From IMG/VR virus record IMGVR_UViG_3300046832_001910, positions 1 to 64,000 of that record: a stretch of 64,000 bases of DNA; one strand, 5' to 3'. Position 1 is the first letter of the stretch. Each line of letters opens with the position of its first letter. Positions 30,374-40,742 of the stretch are shown here, piece after piece. A program made the position numbers and the translations under genes. Below the pieces are notes generated by a model that saw nothing but the letters and a program-made list of their open reading frames with translations, did no database searches and was not told the DNA's origin. Source of the stretch: a virus.

Positions 30374-32332
30374 ATGGCCGTCGTAGGAACAACAACAAAC
30401 GAGAATGGCGATGCTATTTTAATAAGTCTCCAAGAACCTTACAAAAATGTTGTAGAGGTAATAAGTTATAGTGATCAAACAGAAGGAGAAACTACATCAT
30501 GTTATTTTACTAAATCTTTTAGATGGGGTATAGATGGAGTTACATATTCTGATTGGATTCCCTTAACAAATGTGAATCTAGAGGCTTTATTAGTTAACCC
30601 AATTAATCCATTTTGGGTGCAGTATAAGTATGAACAGGTGGGCGATGGCACACTAGAATTTAAGTCTATCTCACTAGAAATAGTTACAGACGGTGGAGTT
30701 ATTTGTAAAGTTCCACAAATAAATTGCTGTGATAGTGGATCATTATCAGGAGCTCAAAACTTAGTTATTGACTGTTGCGGTTCTTCTTGGAATCCTTATG
30801 ATCTTTCTAGAGCTGCACAAATGTATACACAACTATCATCTGTTGCATCTAACCTATTTGGATTTTGTGTTAAGTACTTTAAGACATCTGCCGATCAAAG
30901 AAGCCGAGATGTTATCCTAAAGGAGTATTCTTTATTTAATGTAATCGCATCTGCTGAGGTAAAGATTATGTTTCCTAATAATGAATTACCTACACAAGAG
31001 ATTCAATTCAATCCTCTTATGATGGATTTTCCTGTACAATTTGAAGTACATATAGTAAAGTCTTCGTTTGAACAGGTATTTGGTGTTGGTGCAAAACCAC
31101 AGATGAGAGACTACTTATATCTGCAGCCTTACCTAAATAGTATTTATGAGGTTGATGCAGTAGCAGAACCAGATGACTTTTTATATACCAGTTCATATTG
31201 GAGAGTAAGCCTTGTTCCTTATCAACAAAGAACAGCCGTTCTTTATCCTGATAAAAACATTGAAGATGAAAAGGATGCATTGGTTAGTAGCATTGAGAGT
31301 AAGTTTGGCGAAGAAGCAAATAATGAATATGATGACGTTGTAAAACCTAATCAATATAACACAATAGGAACACAATGTAATGATTATGTTAGAAGAATTC
31401 TTGATAAGAAACTTATAATTAAAGAAGAGAATGTTTATAACAGATGGACAATCATTTCAAAATATAATTATAAGCTATCATCTATGGCAACCGGTACTGA
31501 AGCTATAGAATACAGATATAACAAAGGTTGGGGGCTTAATGATGATAGAGCATTTACATTTTGGATTAGACCTACTTATACAAATCCAATTGGTCCAAAC
31601 GTAGCAATTACAGGAATATCAAATAGTAGCGGTAAAGTAAAACTAAATACTTCAGGTCTACCGATATATGCTAATGCATTAAATGTTGGGGATTGGGTAA
31701 ATGTTGCAGGAACTGCATCATATAATGGTTTACATAAAATTATTGCAGTAGGTGCAACCAGTATTGATATTGATACACCTTATATTAATAACACTACTCA
31801 GGGTACTCCAAGATTTAATAGAGAGGCTAGCAATAATTTCATGATTTATGAAAACTCTCTAATACCTCCAACTGACTATGTATCTTTTACCTATACCCCA
31901 AATTGGTTTATAATTAAGATAGGAGATACCTACTTTAAGTATAACCTAAATGCGCAAGGATTAACTTTATTACATGATAATTGGTATGCATTTGTTATTA
32001 ATATAAATAGCATTGCACAGCAGATAAGTTTATTTGGTTATAACACAGTTAAAGATACAGGTGCAATTAATCCTGAAAATACATCACAGTTAAATCAGAT
32101 ATTTGTTGAAACTAAGTTATATACACCGATAGCAATTCCTGATTCTAATTCATGGAAACTATTAGGATCCAATACTGACATAACAAATATTCGTATTTGG
32201 AGTAAACCTATTGAGGAAGAATTACAAGAATTGATTTTATCACAATATGTTGTTAAGGATACTCACTTAACACTTCTGTTAGATAATGCTGCACCTCAGC
32301 TATTACTTAACAGACAACTCGACTCACGCTAA
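30374..32332 (+). CDS. Neck/head-closure protein (gp14-like core) with extra beta domains
   Basis: G..VKYF...RDVILKEY and P..RDYLY...IYEV pattern; LamG-like C-terminus. Confidence 0.5.
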   Translation: MAVVGTTTNENGDAILISLQEPYKNVVEVISYSDQTEGETTSCYFTKSFRWGIDGVTYSDWIPLTNVNLEALLVNPINPFWVQYKYEQVGDGTLEFKSISLEIVTDGGVICKVPQINCCDSGSLSGAQNLVIDCCGSSWNPYDLSRAAQMYTQLSSVASNLFGFCVKYFKTSADQRSRDVILKEYSLFNVIASAEVKIMFPNNELPTQEIQFNPLMMDFPVQFEVHIVKSSFEQVFGVGAKPQMRDYLYLQPYLNSIYEVDAVAEPDDFLYTSSYWRVSLVPYQQRTAVLYPDKNIEDEKDALVSSIESKFGEEANNEYDDVVKPNQYNTIGTQCNDYVRRILDKKLIIKEENVYNRWTIISKYNYKLSSMATGTEAIEYRYNKGWGLNDDRAFTFWIRPTYTNPIGPNVAITGISNSSGKVKLNTSGLPIYANALNVGDWVNVAGTASYNGLHKIIAVGATSIDIDTPYINNTTQGTPRFNREASNNFMIYENSLIPPTDYVSFTYTPNWFIIKIGDTYFKYNLNAQGLTLLHDNWYAFVININSIAQQISLFGYNTVKDTGAINPENTSQLNQIFVETKLYTPIAIPDSNSWKLLGSNTDITNIRIWSKPIEEELQELILSQYVVKDTHLTLLLDNAAPQLLLNRQLDSR

Positions 32333-32362
32333 CATAGAATATATAATCTAAATTAAGGATTA

Positions 32363-32980
32363 ATGAAAGAAGAATCTAAACATAAATTTAGAGATAGCCT
32401 CGGTGACTTATTAAGTGATTTGCCAGATGAGGTACCGGGTTTAGAAGATACCCCACAATTACCAAGAGTTAAGGCAGAAGGAACACAGGCTGTTGCATTA
32501 CAAACTGCAAAGAATAAAGCGCAGAGAGTAATGAATAATCTTCTTAAGTTTTATTTAAGTGAAGAGATTATTGAGGAGCACGAGTACATTAAAGTAAAAG
32601 CAGAACTTGATGAGTATGCATTAGGAATGCTTATACGTCAAATGCAAAATAGTGAATCTGCTATTTCAACATTAATGGATACTATAAACGAAGGTGATGT
32701 ATCTCCACGAATGTTTGAAGTACTTAGCGATCTTCAAAGAACATTATTAGATATCATAAAAAGTCAAACCATGTATATGGTTGCAATTGAAGAAAATGCT
32801 AAAAAGCTTTCTAGGGATATTGATGTTTATCATGGTGGATCTAATGATAACAGTTCTCAAAAGAAATCAACTACAACGGGTCTTAAGGCAAGAGGAACCA
32901 AAGATCTTATGAGAGCATTACAAGATAGTATTAATGAAGAAGATATACAAGATGTCGATGCAAATCAAGATGAAGAATAA
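32363..32980 (+). CDS. Terminase small subunit (gp16-like)
   Basis: SPRMFEVL helix and G.TKDL near the C-terminus; upstream of the large terminase. Confidence 0.6.
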   Translation: MKEESKHKFRDSLGDLLSDLPDEVPGLEDTPQLPRVKAEGTQAVALQTAKNKAQRVMNNLLKFYLSEEIIEEHEYIKVKAELDEYALGMLIRQMQNSESAISTLMDTINEGDVSPRMFEVLSDLQRTLLDIIKSQTMYMVAIEENAKKLSRDIDVYHGGSNDNSSQKKSTTTGLKARGTKDLMRALQDSINEEDIQDVDANQDEE

Positions 32981-33224
32981 CTATGTTCTTACAAAAGAGA
33001 TCATAGAAGAAAAAATAAGTGAGGGCGGTATCATATTACCTACCGAAAAGTACAATCGTAAATGTGTTATTATTAAATCTAATACTGACATTTTACCAGA
33101 AGGATGTACTGTTATAAAAACAATTGGCAAAGGTACGATGTTCAAAATAAATGGAGAAGAATATGAAGCTCTCCATGAAAATGATATCTTAGCCATAATA
33201 GAAGAAGATGGCACAGAAACCTAG
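32958..33224 (+). CDS. GroES-like co-chaperonin
   Basis: NYVL...EKISEGGIILP mobile loop and ENDILAII; start uncertain (32934-32970). Confidence 0.8.
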   Translation: MQIKMKNNYVLTKEIIEEKISEGGIILPTEKYNRKCVIIKSNTDILPEGCTVIKTIGKGTMFKINGEEYEALHENDILAIIEEDGTET

Positions 33225-35025
33225 AGCAGAAAGCGCAGGCTTTGAATTTAAAGTAGGGGCAGCTGAAGAATCCTTTTCATGGACTTCAGAAAAGGTAGAG
33301 CAACTTATGCTTGCTTTAGAAGAAGGGTATAAACCTAAAGCAACACCTTTTTATGAAGGTAATCCAAACCTAAGAAAAGGCAACATAGTTTTTAATTATA
33401 CACCACACGAGATTAGAGAAATCAAAAAGTGTGCTACTGATATCGTATATTTTGCAAATACTTATTGTACTGTAATGACCGATTTTGGTTTACAGACTAT
33501 TAAGTTAAGAGGATATCAAGAGGAAATGTTAAGGCAGTTCCAAGCAGAACGATTTAATGTATGTTTAGCATCTCGTCAGATTGGTAAAACGATTTGTTCA
33601 TCAATCTTTATCGCCTGGTATTCATTATTCAATTATGATAAGAATTCTCTCGTTCTTTCAAATAAGGGTGCTACTACGAGAGAAATCATTGATAAAGGTA
33701 AAACAATTCTTGAACACCTACCGTTCTTTTTAAAGCCAGGTGTAATTAAATGGGATGTATTCAATTCTAAATTTGATAATGGCTGTCGTATTATTGGTCA
33801 AACAACCACTAAGAAAGCGGCTATCGGTTTTACCATTCACTTACTGTTCATGGATGAGTTTGCACATATTCCTCAAAACTTTGTGGAAACCTTTTATGAA
33901 AACGTTTATCCTACTGTATCTGCTTCATCAAATTCAAAAGTAATTATTACAAGTACACCGAACGGCTTTAATAAATTTTATGACATTTATTCGGCTTCAG
34001 AGAAAGGGTTAAATGAATACTCACCGTTTAGAGTTGATTGGTGGGATGTACCTGGCAGAGATGAGGCATGGATGCAACAAGAAGTTGCTAACCTCGGTTC
34101 AGAAGAAGCATTTAACAGACAATACGGAAATCAATTTATTGCCAGCTCTTCTCTATTATTGGGTGCCGATAGTCTTAAAAAGCTTCAACAAAATCAAAAA
34201 GAATTTGTTCATAAAGAAGTTCCTGAATTTGAAGAAGAAAATGTTTCTTACGATGGCCTAGTATGGGATCCAACATTTGAGTTAGACGAAATTGAGGAAG
34301 ATACGAATTACTGGCTATTCTCTATTGATATAGCTGAAGGAAACGGCGGTGACTATTCAATAATCAATATCTTTAAGATTGAAATTATGGATGAACCTGA
34401 TTGGAAAAAGATAACATCGCCAGGTTCATTCGTTGACTTTTTTAGAATAAGACAAATTGGTAGGTTTAGAAGTAATGAACACACAATAGAAGAATTTGCA
34501 AAAGCAGTTTACATTTTAGCGTTTGATATGTTTCATTCAGAAAACGTTAAGATGATTATTGAGTGGAATATGTTTGGTGGAGAATTGATTAAAAGACTTG
34601 AAACTGTATTTCCACAAAGAAATGAATTTGATGAAGAGATGATAGTTAAGTTTAAACATCGTATAGATGCAAAAACAAAAAACTTTGGTCTTAAGGTTAA
34701 AAAAGATAATAAACCAATCTTTTGTCAAAATTTCAAAAAGTACATAACACAGAACAGAATTGTTATTAAAGATAAGAAAACCGTCTATGAAGCATCTACA
34801 TTTGGTAAGATGCCAAATGGATCATATGCAGGCCAATTAGGTCATGATGATCTTATTATGACAAGCATAAATAGTTCCGAATTTTTCTTTACTTTGGACT
34901 TCTCCGACTTTGTTGAAGAGATCTATGATACTGTAGATGATTCACTTCAGGCAAAGATTGATGAGATCTTAGATAAAGATTCAAAAGGAGGAAATCTTAA
35001 TTACGATATTTATGATCTTGTGTAG
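33208..35025 (+). CDS. Terminase large subunit (gp17)
   Basis: SRQIGKT, MDEFAH, ITSTPNG, DIAEG.GGDYS and HDDL motifs. Confidence 0.95.
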   Translation: MAQKPRAESAGFEFKVGAAEESFSWTSEKVEQLMLALEEGYKPKATPFYEGNPNLRKGNIVFNYTPHEIREIKKCATDIVYFANTYCTVMTDFGLQTIKLRGYQEEMLRQFQAERFNVCLASRQIGKTICSSIFIAWYSLFNYDKNSLVLSNKGATTREIIDKGKTILEHLPFFLKPGVIKWDVFNSKFDNGCRIIGQTTTKKAAIGFTIHLLFMDEFAHIPQNFVETFYENVYPTVSASSNSKVIITSTPNGFNKFYDIYSASEKGLNEYSPFRVDWWDVPGRDEAWMQQEVANLGSEEAFNRQYGNQFIASSSLLLGADSLKKLQQNQKEFVHKEVPEFEEENVSYDGLVWDPTFELDEIEEDTNYWLFSIDIAEGNGGDYSIINIFKIEIMDEPDWKKITSPGSFVDFFRIRQIGRFRSNEHTIEEFAKAVYILAFDMFHSENVKMIIEWNMFGGELIKRLETVFPQRNEFDEEMIVKFKHRIDAKTKNFGLKVKKDNKPIFCQNFKKYITQNRIVIKDKKTVYEASTFGKMPNGSYAGQLGHDDLIMTSINSSEFFFTLDFSDFVEEIYDTVDDSLQAKIDEILDKDSKGGNLNYDIYDLV

Positions 35026-35081
35026 AAAAGTAGCTATGCCGTGGATATATAAAAAAAGCAATAAAAAAAATATAATACAAG

Positions 35082-38000
35082 ATGGCACTAGATCCAAAAA
35101 TCGCTTCTCTTAAGGCTGCAGGTACTTACCGCTTTGAATTTGACAAGAGTCAGGTTGTTAGCATTCCTGCAAACCAAACAAGATTAATTGTTGGTTTTTC
35201 TAAGAAAGGTCCTTTTAATACACCAGTTTTTGTACCAGATACTGCATTCTTTAAGCAGGTATTTGGAGACATTGATAGGAATCTTGAAAGAAAAGATTCT
35301 TATTTTCACAGAAGCTGTTTAGCTGCATTAGAAAGAGGTCCAATTTTAGCTCTTAACCTTTTAGCATTAGACTCTGATGATAATGTAGACTACATTAAGT
35401 TAGGTACAGCTGCTACACCAGAAGCACAAGATAACGCAGGTGATTCTGCTGAATACCAAAAATTTTATAACAGAGATAAATTCTTTTATCCTGACTCTGA
35501 TGCATTCCTAGATAATGTTGGAGCAAACAGAAACACATTAAGCTCTTTATCTACAAATGATCTTTTGGATTTTGTTAATTTAGGTCAAAATCCAGTTTCT
35601 ATCATTGTTAGAAAAGCAGCAAATGACAATGTATCAAGTTTCAATGTTACTGTTGAAGAATGGTACGGAACTGCAAACGTTCCAGGTTTCTTAAATAAAG
35701 ACAGTTTAATTTCTGACTTTATGGTAGATGTATTTGTTATTGAAGGTAACTTTGGTGGTAACTTCGGTTCTGCTACACCTTATGAGAGATTTACAGCTGA
35801 CCCAACATTCCAACAATACTTTGATCCTACTAAAGGTATTCAAAGAAAGAAATTTGCATCTGATACAACAGATACTAAATTGGAAGAGTTCTTTAATGAA
35901 TCTGAAGTTAACCTAATTGCAACTTATACTGCATGTTTAATTCCTGATTTTGTTGATCTACTTGGAAATAACTTATTCATTGAAAAATTAATCAATGCTG
36001 ATTCTGCTACGACTGGTTTATTCTGTGCTGTTAATGAAGATCTATTTAGCGGAGATTTTCTTATTGACGGTGTAAAAGGTGGTATTGACCTAATCGGACA
36101 TAACATTGAATATACTCAGGCAACTGGTATTCAGGATGATGTTAATTTCCTTTCTTATAGTGGATCAATTGTATCTGACCTTGAATATGCAAGAGCTGCC
36201 CAATCGGTAAACACTGCAACAATTGCAACTGGTGATATTGTATCTGTTAATACTTTAACTGGCGGAAACATTCAAATTTCAATCATAGGTTCTACTGGAA
36301 ATCCTTTATATGATGCATTTGTAGGTATGGCTCCTAATACAGCCAATACTGTAGGATCATATATTAAAGGAGCAATTAGTTCTAAGTTTGTACCAGTTCT
36401 TTCAGTGAATGTAACAAGTACTGTGGTAACTGTTGTTTTATCTGGGGCTGGTGGTATTGTGGCTGGAGATTTTCCAACTACATTAGGTACTACATATACT
36501 TATGTAAATGAAGAAGATTTAGGATTTACTGTTCATGAATTTGAAACTTCAAATACTAATGCAAATATCATAGGTTCTTACGGAAGTGCAATGTACAGCG
36601 CATTCTCTGCTGGAACACTTACTGATGGCGATGAGGCAATATTTGAAATCTCAAGTACAGAATATGTTTCTTACTTAGTATTCAATGCTGCATCTTATGG
36701 ATTTATTCATACAGGCGTACCTGCTAATGCTGGTACTAAATTTGCAATCTCTGATTCTTCATATTTCTTACCAAGTGTTAGAATAACTCCTTATCAACAA
36801 GATACTTTTGCTACTGTTACTCCAAGATCTCAATTTAATATGGATAGTAACACTGGATTCTTCTTGGATTCAGACGGTAATTCTGTTGGCGGTTTTACTT
36901 TAGATATTCAAACACTTAAAGGTTCTCTTAACCGTTCAATTGATATCATTGCTGATTCTACATCTGAACCATTACTTAAGCCTAACCAGGTACTTATCGC
37001 AAGTACTAATCCTGATGCGGCTACCGTGGTTGTAGGAAATTACTTATTAAACTTTGAAGGTAATATTTCAACTCCTCATTCAAGATTAACAAGAATCAAT
37101 GAAGTACAAGGTGGTAAAACATCTACTCAATTCCCGTCAATCCCGGTTGGTACAACTGCCTTATTAGTAACATGTCAATCTGAAATTGCTGTTACAACTG
37201 TAAGTTCAGTTAAGAAGGTTGAATTGTATTACCCAATTGATAGCTGGGTTGATTATTTTAATATCTTTACCCTTGATGGATTCCAATTAGATGTGACTAA
37301 GCATGTTCCTAATGGAACTAATGAACGCCAAAACCAAATTCTAAATGGTACATTAAGTGGAACTAATCTATTTAAGGCATTAACCGATAGAGAGACTATC
37401 AATTTCCGTTATGTCGTAGATACATTTGGAAATGGTATTGAAAGTGGATCTAAAGCAATCTATACTCAATTATGTTCTGCTAGAAAGAATGCATTTGCAA
37501 TCATAAATGCTCCATCTGCTAAAGATTTTAAAGCTAACACTGATCCTTCATTCTTGGATGCGACAGGAGCCTTATCATCTAGATTTATTTCAACAGGTGG
37601 TGATCTTTCTAAGAACCCAACTGTTAGATACTCTTTACCTTCATCAACACAAGGCGGAAGCTGGGGTGGATTCTATTATCCTTTCATTACTGTAAGGGAT
37701 TTAGGAAAGAACATTAACGTTCCACCAGCTGCTTATGTATCAAATAACTTTATTGCAAAGTATGAAAATGCATTACCTTGGTCATTAGTTGCAGGTGTTC
37801 GTAGAGGTGTTGTAGGCGGAACTGGGGTTGTAGGATTAGAAATTAATCTTGACCTAAGCGATAGAGAATACTTAGAACCATTTGGATTGAACCCAATCAT
37901 TTTCCAAAGTGGAACTGGTCCTACTATCTTTGCAAATAAAACTGCTCAGCAAACTCCAAAATCTGCATTAAGTTCAATTAACGTTAGAGAGGTTGTTATC

Positions 38001-38297
38001 TATATCCAAGATGGTATTGAAGCAATCCTTAAAAACTACTTATTTGAATTTAACACTGCTCAAACAAGATTGGAAATTAAAACACTTGCTGATAACTTCT
38101 TATCAACAGTTCAAAATGACGACGGTGTTTATGACTTCCGTAACGTAATGGATGAAACTAACAATACGCCAGAGGTTATTGATCAAAATGTTGGTATCCT
38201 AGATACTTATATTGAACCAGTAAGAGGAATGGAAATCTTAGTACAAAGAACCACAATCTTAAGAACTGGGGCAATTAGTTCTGGAAACTTCCAATAA
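35082..38297 (+). CDS. Tail sheath protein (gp18)
   Basis: GFSKKGPFN, AGVRRG, INVR, FEFN and DETNNTPEVID motifs. Confidence 0.93.
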   Translation: MALDPKIASLKAAGTYRFEFDKSQVVSIPANQTRLIVGFSKKGPFNTPVFVPDTAFFKQVFGDIDRNLERKDSYFHRSCLAALERGPILALNLLALDSDDNVDYIKLGTAATPEAQDNAGDSAEYQKFYNRDKFFYPDSDAFLDNVGANRNTLSSLSTNDLLDFVNLGQNPVSIIVRKAANDNVSSFNVTVEEWYGTANVPGFLNKDSLISDFMVDVFVIEGNFGGNFGSATPYERFTADPTFQQYFDPTKGIQRKKFASDTTDTKLEEFFNESEVNLIATYTACLIPDFVDLLGNNLFIEKLINADSATTGLFCAVNEDLFSGDFLIDGVKGGIDLIGHNIEYTQATGIQDDVNFLSYSGSIVSDLEYARAAQSVNTATIATGDIVSVNTLTGGNIQISIIGSTGNPLYDAFVGMAPNTANTVGSYIKGAISSKFVPVLSVNVTSTVVTVVLSGAGGIVAGDFPTTLGTTYTYVNEEDLGFTVHEFETSNTNANIIGSYGSAMYSAFSAGTLTDGDEAIFEISSTEYVSYLVFNAASYGFIHTGVPANAGTKFAISDSSYFLPSVRITPYQQDTFATVTPRSQFNMDSNTGFFLDSDGNSVGGFTLDIQTLKGSLNRSIDIIADSTSEPLLKPNQVLIASTNPDAATVVVGNYLLNFEGNISTPHSRLTRINEVQGGKTSTQFPSIPVGTTALLVTCQSEIAVTTVSSVKKVELYYPIDSWVDYFNIFTLDGFQLDVTKHVPNGTNERQNQILNGTLSGTNLFKALTDRETINFRYVVDTFGNGIESGSKAIYTQLCSARKNAFAIINAPSAKDFKANTDPSFLDATGALSSRFISTGGDLSKNPTVRYSLPSSTQGGSWGGFYYPFITVRDLGKNINVPPAAYVSNNFIAKYENALPWSLVAGVRRGVVGGTGVVGLEINLDLSDREYLEPFGLNPIIFQSGTGPTIFANKTAQQTPKSALSSINVREVVIYIQDGIEAILKNYLFEFNTAQTRLEIKTLADNFLSTVQNDDGVYDFRNVMDETNNTPEVIDQNVGILDTYIEPVRGMEILVQRTTILRTGAISSGNFQ

Positions 38298-38337
38298 GAA
38301 AGAAAGAAAAAGAATAAATAAAAAAATAAGTTAAGCT

Positions 38338-38898
38338 ATGCCATTACCACATTACACTCAATCGAGGGCAAGTAATAACAGATATGAGCCAATTCAGCCT
38401 AACCTATTCGAGATAACTTTGTTTACCCCGAATGGAGATGATACTGGTTTGATTCTAGAACATGTTAAATCTGTTGGAGGTTTAAATGCATTAAACCCAT
38501 CTGTAGATGCAATTGGTCAAAAATATAAATTTGCTGACCGTTCATATGCAGGTATGCCTGGACAAACCTTCGTAGATCTTACTATTGCATTTACATTGAA
38601 CTTGAATGATGCAAATGAAAACTACATATACAATACCATGAGAAACTGGTATAAATTAATCTATGATCCTTTGACTGGAGAAATGGGATTAAAGAAAGAC
38701 TATGTAGGAAGTATGATCATTGTTCAGTATAACCGTGCAGGTGATATCTTCAGAAAGATTACATGTAAAGATATCTTCCCAACAGGTGCTCCTGATTTTA
38801 TTGATTCACTTGATTATGGAACCGCTGATGCCGCAGAATTAACAATGACTTATCGTTGTGATCACTGGGTTGAAGAAAATGTTGGTGCTCCTAACTAA
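38338..38898 (+). CDS. Tail tube protein (gp19)
   Basis: Follows the sheath; PNLFEI, W..LIYDP.TG and FPT motifs. Confidence 0.85.
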   Translation: MPLPHYTQSRASNNRYEPIQPNLFEITLFTPNGDDTGLILEHVKSVGGLNALNPSVDAIGQKYKFADRSYAGMPGQTFVDLTIAFTLNLNDANENYIYNTMRNWYKLIYDPLTGEMGLKKDYVGSMIIVQYNRAGDIFRKITCKDIFPTGAPDFIDSLDYGTADAAELTMTYRCDHWVEENVGAPN

Positions 38899-38915
38899 TC
38901 TTATGAAACTTAGAT

Positions 38916-38942
38916 AAAACTGGCCTTCGGGCCAGTTTTTTT
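38916..38942 (+). terminator. Intrinsic terminator with cUUCGg loop
   Basis: AAAACTGGCC-TTCG-GGCCAGTTTTTTT. Confidence 0.92.
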
Positions 38943-38986
38943 GTCTTATCTCTAATATATAATATAGAATACATAATCTATAGATC

Positions 38987-39457
38987 ATGATCATATTTAA
39001 AGTTGAAAACATATCCAACGGAAAAAACTATATAGGATATGCAATTAATGATAATCCTAATAACTTAGGATCTGGTAAATACATAAAGCGTGCAGTTAAA
39101 GACTTTGGTACTACTTCCTTTAAGAGAGAAGTATTAGAAACATTTGATGCAGATGAATCTTTAGGTGTTGTTATGGATCGTGTTGAGTATTGGATTAAGA
39201 AATTCAAATCGGATAATCCTAAATTTGGATATAACGAAAGCGTACAAGAAATGATTCCTCAAAAGAAAAAGTTAACTAAAAAGTTACAAGTTCTCTTAAC
39301 ACCTGAGGATGAAGATAACCTAAATACTATTATCATTCAAAAATCAATGGAAACTGGTATTAAGCCTATTCCAATTTCAAGATATGTTAGAAATATCATA
39401 GTTGAACATATCGTAGAAGAAACATCACCAGAAAAACAATTAATAAAAACAAAATAA
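38987..39457 (+). CDS. Degenerate GIY-YIG (Seg-like) domain fused to a ribbon-helix-helix-like domain
   Basis: IIFKVEN..NGKNYIG, LGSG, F.REVLE and GYN; C-terminal LQVLLT...ISRYVRNII. Confidence 0.65.
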   Translation: MIIFKVENISNGKNYIGYAINDNPNNLGSGKYIKRAVKDFGTTSFKREVLETFDADESLGVVMDRVEYWIKKFKSDNPKFGYNESVQEMIPQKKKLTKKLQVLLTPEDEDNLNTIIIQKSMETGIKPIPISRYVRNIIVEHIVEETSPEKQLIKTK

Positions 39458-39458
39458 C

Positions 39459-40457
39459 ATGAGTAACCACGAAGAGAATATCAAAAAGGAATTTGAAGCC
39501 GCAGAAGGTATTCAACCTGAAAATGAAGCTGTAGTTAATGATGGGAAGATAACTTCCTTAGGTAAAGTTGATCCAACCCGAGGAATGGGTATTACTTCAC
39601 CTGATGATCCAGAGATAAGAAGAATCCAGGAACTAACTGGATATATGAAATTAGATTTAACAAACCTACCATCAGGTGGACGTTTTTATAGAGATGATTT
39701 TGAACTTCATATCAGAGCTGCTCGTGTTGGTGAGATTAGGGACTTCTCTACTGTTGATGAAGAAAATATCAGAGATGTAGATGAAAAGTTAAATGCTATT
39801 CTTGTTGGTTGTACTAAAATAATGTATGGTTCTCAAAGAGGTTCATATAGAGACATTCTTGAAGAAGATCGTATTTATGTTATCCTATCAATTAGAGAAC
39901 TTACGTTTAAGAATGGCGAAGCTAAATTAATGATGCCGGTTGGTAAAAAGAAATGTACCACTGCTTCATGTAAATCTCAAGAAAGTGTAGAGTTAAGAAC
40001 AACCAATCTACAATTTAATAATGTAGATGAACTTATTGAAAAGTATTATGACCACGAAAATAAATGCTACACAGTTCCTACTAAAAGTCATGGCGAATTA
40101 GTTTTAGCTCCACCTACAATTGGTGTTATGAGAGCAATTACTGATTGGGCTAGAAAAAGAGAAGAAGAAAATAAATCATGGGATAAGTCTTCTCTTACAA
40201 TATTACCTTATGTACAAAGAGAATGGCGTGGCTTTGATGAAAAACAAATATTCTCTACTATGACAGCATTTCAAGGCTGGGATGCTGGAAAATATTCAAT
40301 CATATTTAGACTTGTAGAAAAAATGAAACTAGGAATCAAACCTGAGTTTGTATATCCATGTGTTTCTTGTGGCGCGGAGGTCACTGTTCCGCTTTCCTTT
40401 CCCGGTGGCATCAAATCTCTGTTCATTATTCAAGATATCTCTTCTGAACTTTTATAA
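39459..40457 (+). CDS. Baseplate hub / tail assembly chaperone (gp26-like)
   Basis: LPSGG.FY, DRIYVILSIRELT, CxxxxC and CxxC; between tube and tape measure. Confidence 0.7.
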   Translation: MSNHEENIKKEFEAAEGIQPENEAVVNDGKITSLGKVDPTRGMGITSPDDPEIRRIQELTGYMKLDLTNLPSGGRFYRDDFELHIRAARVGEIRDFSTVDEENIRDVDEKLNAILVGCTKIMYGSQRGSYRDILEEDRIYVILSIRELTFKNGEAKLMMPVGKKKCTTASCKSQESVELRTTNLQFNNVDELIEKYYDHENKCYTVPTKSHGELVLAPPTIGVMRAITDWARKREEENKSWDKSSLTILPYVQREWRGFDEKQIFSTMTAFQGWDAGKYSIIFRLVEKMKLGIKPEFVYPCVSCGAEVTVPLSFPGGIKSLFIIQDISSELL

Positions 40458-40473
40458 GATAAGAGTATTACTT

Positions 40474-40716
40474 ATGGAAAAACTGCATGTTCAACCTACT
40501 GAGTTGGACATGCTTCCATATTATGAATTTGAGTATACTCTTGAAATCTATAATGACATCATTAAAGAACGCAATGATGAAGAGAAGAAACAAAATCAAG
40601 ATGCTGAAGAAAAGTATAACATAGCAGGTATGAAGAATAATGCCATGAATATGGGTAAAAATATGTCTGGTTATAAACAACCTTCAATGCCTAAAATAAG
40701 TATGCCTCGTTTCTAA
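40474..40716 (+). CDS. gp51-like tail assembly protein, possibly a frameshift extension of the upstream gene
   Basis: LNFYKIRVLLM..LH....ELDMLPYYE pattern begins upstream of the ATG at 40474. Confidence 0.55.
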   Translation: MEKLHVQPTELDMLPYYEFEYTLEIYNDIIKERNDEEKKQNQDAEEKYNIAGMKNNAMNMGKNMSGYKQPSMPKISMPRF

Positions 40717-40742
40717 ATATATAAATAAAGATAACAGATAAA

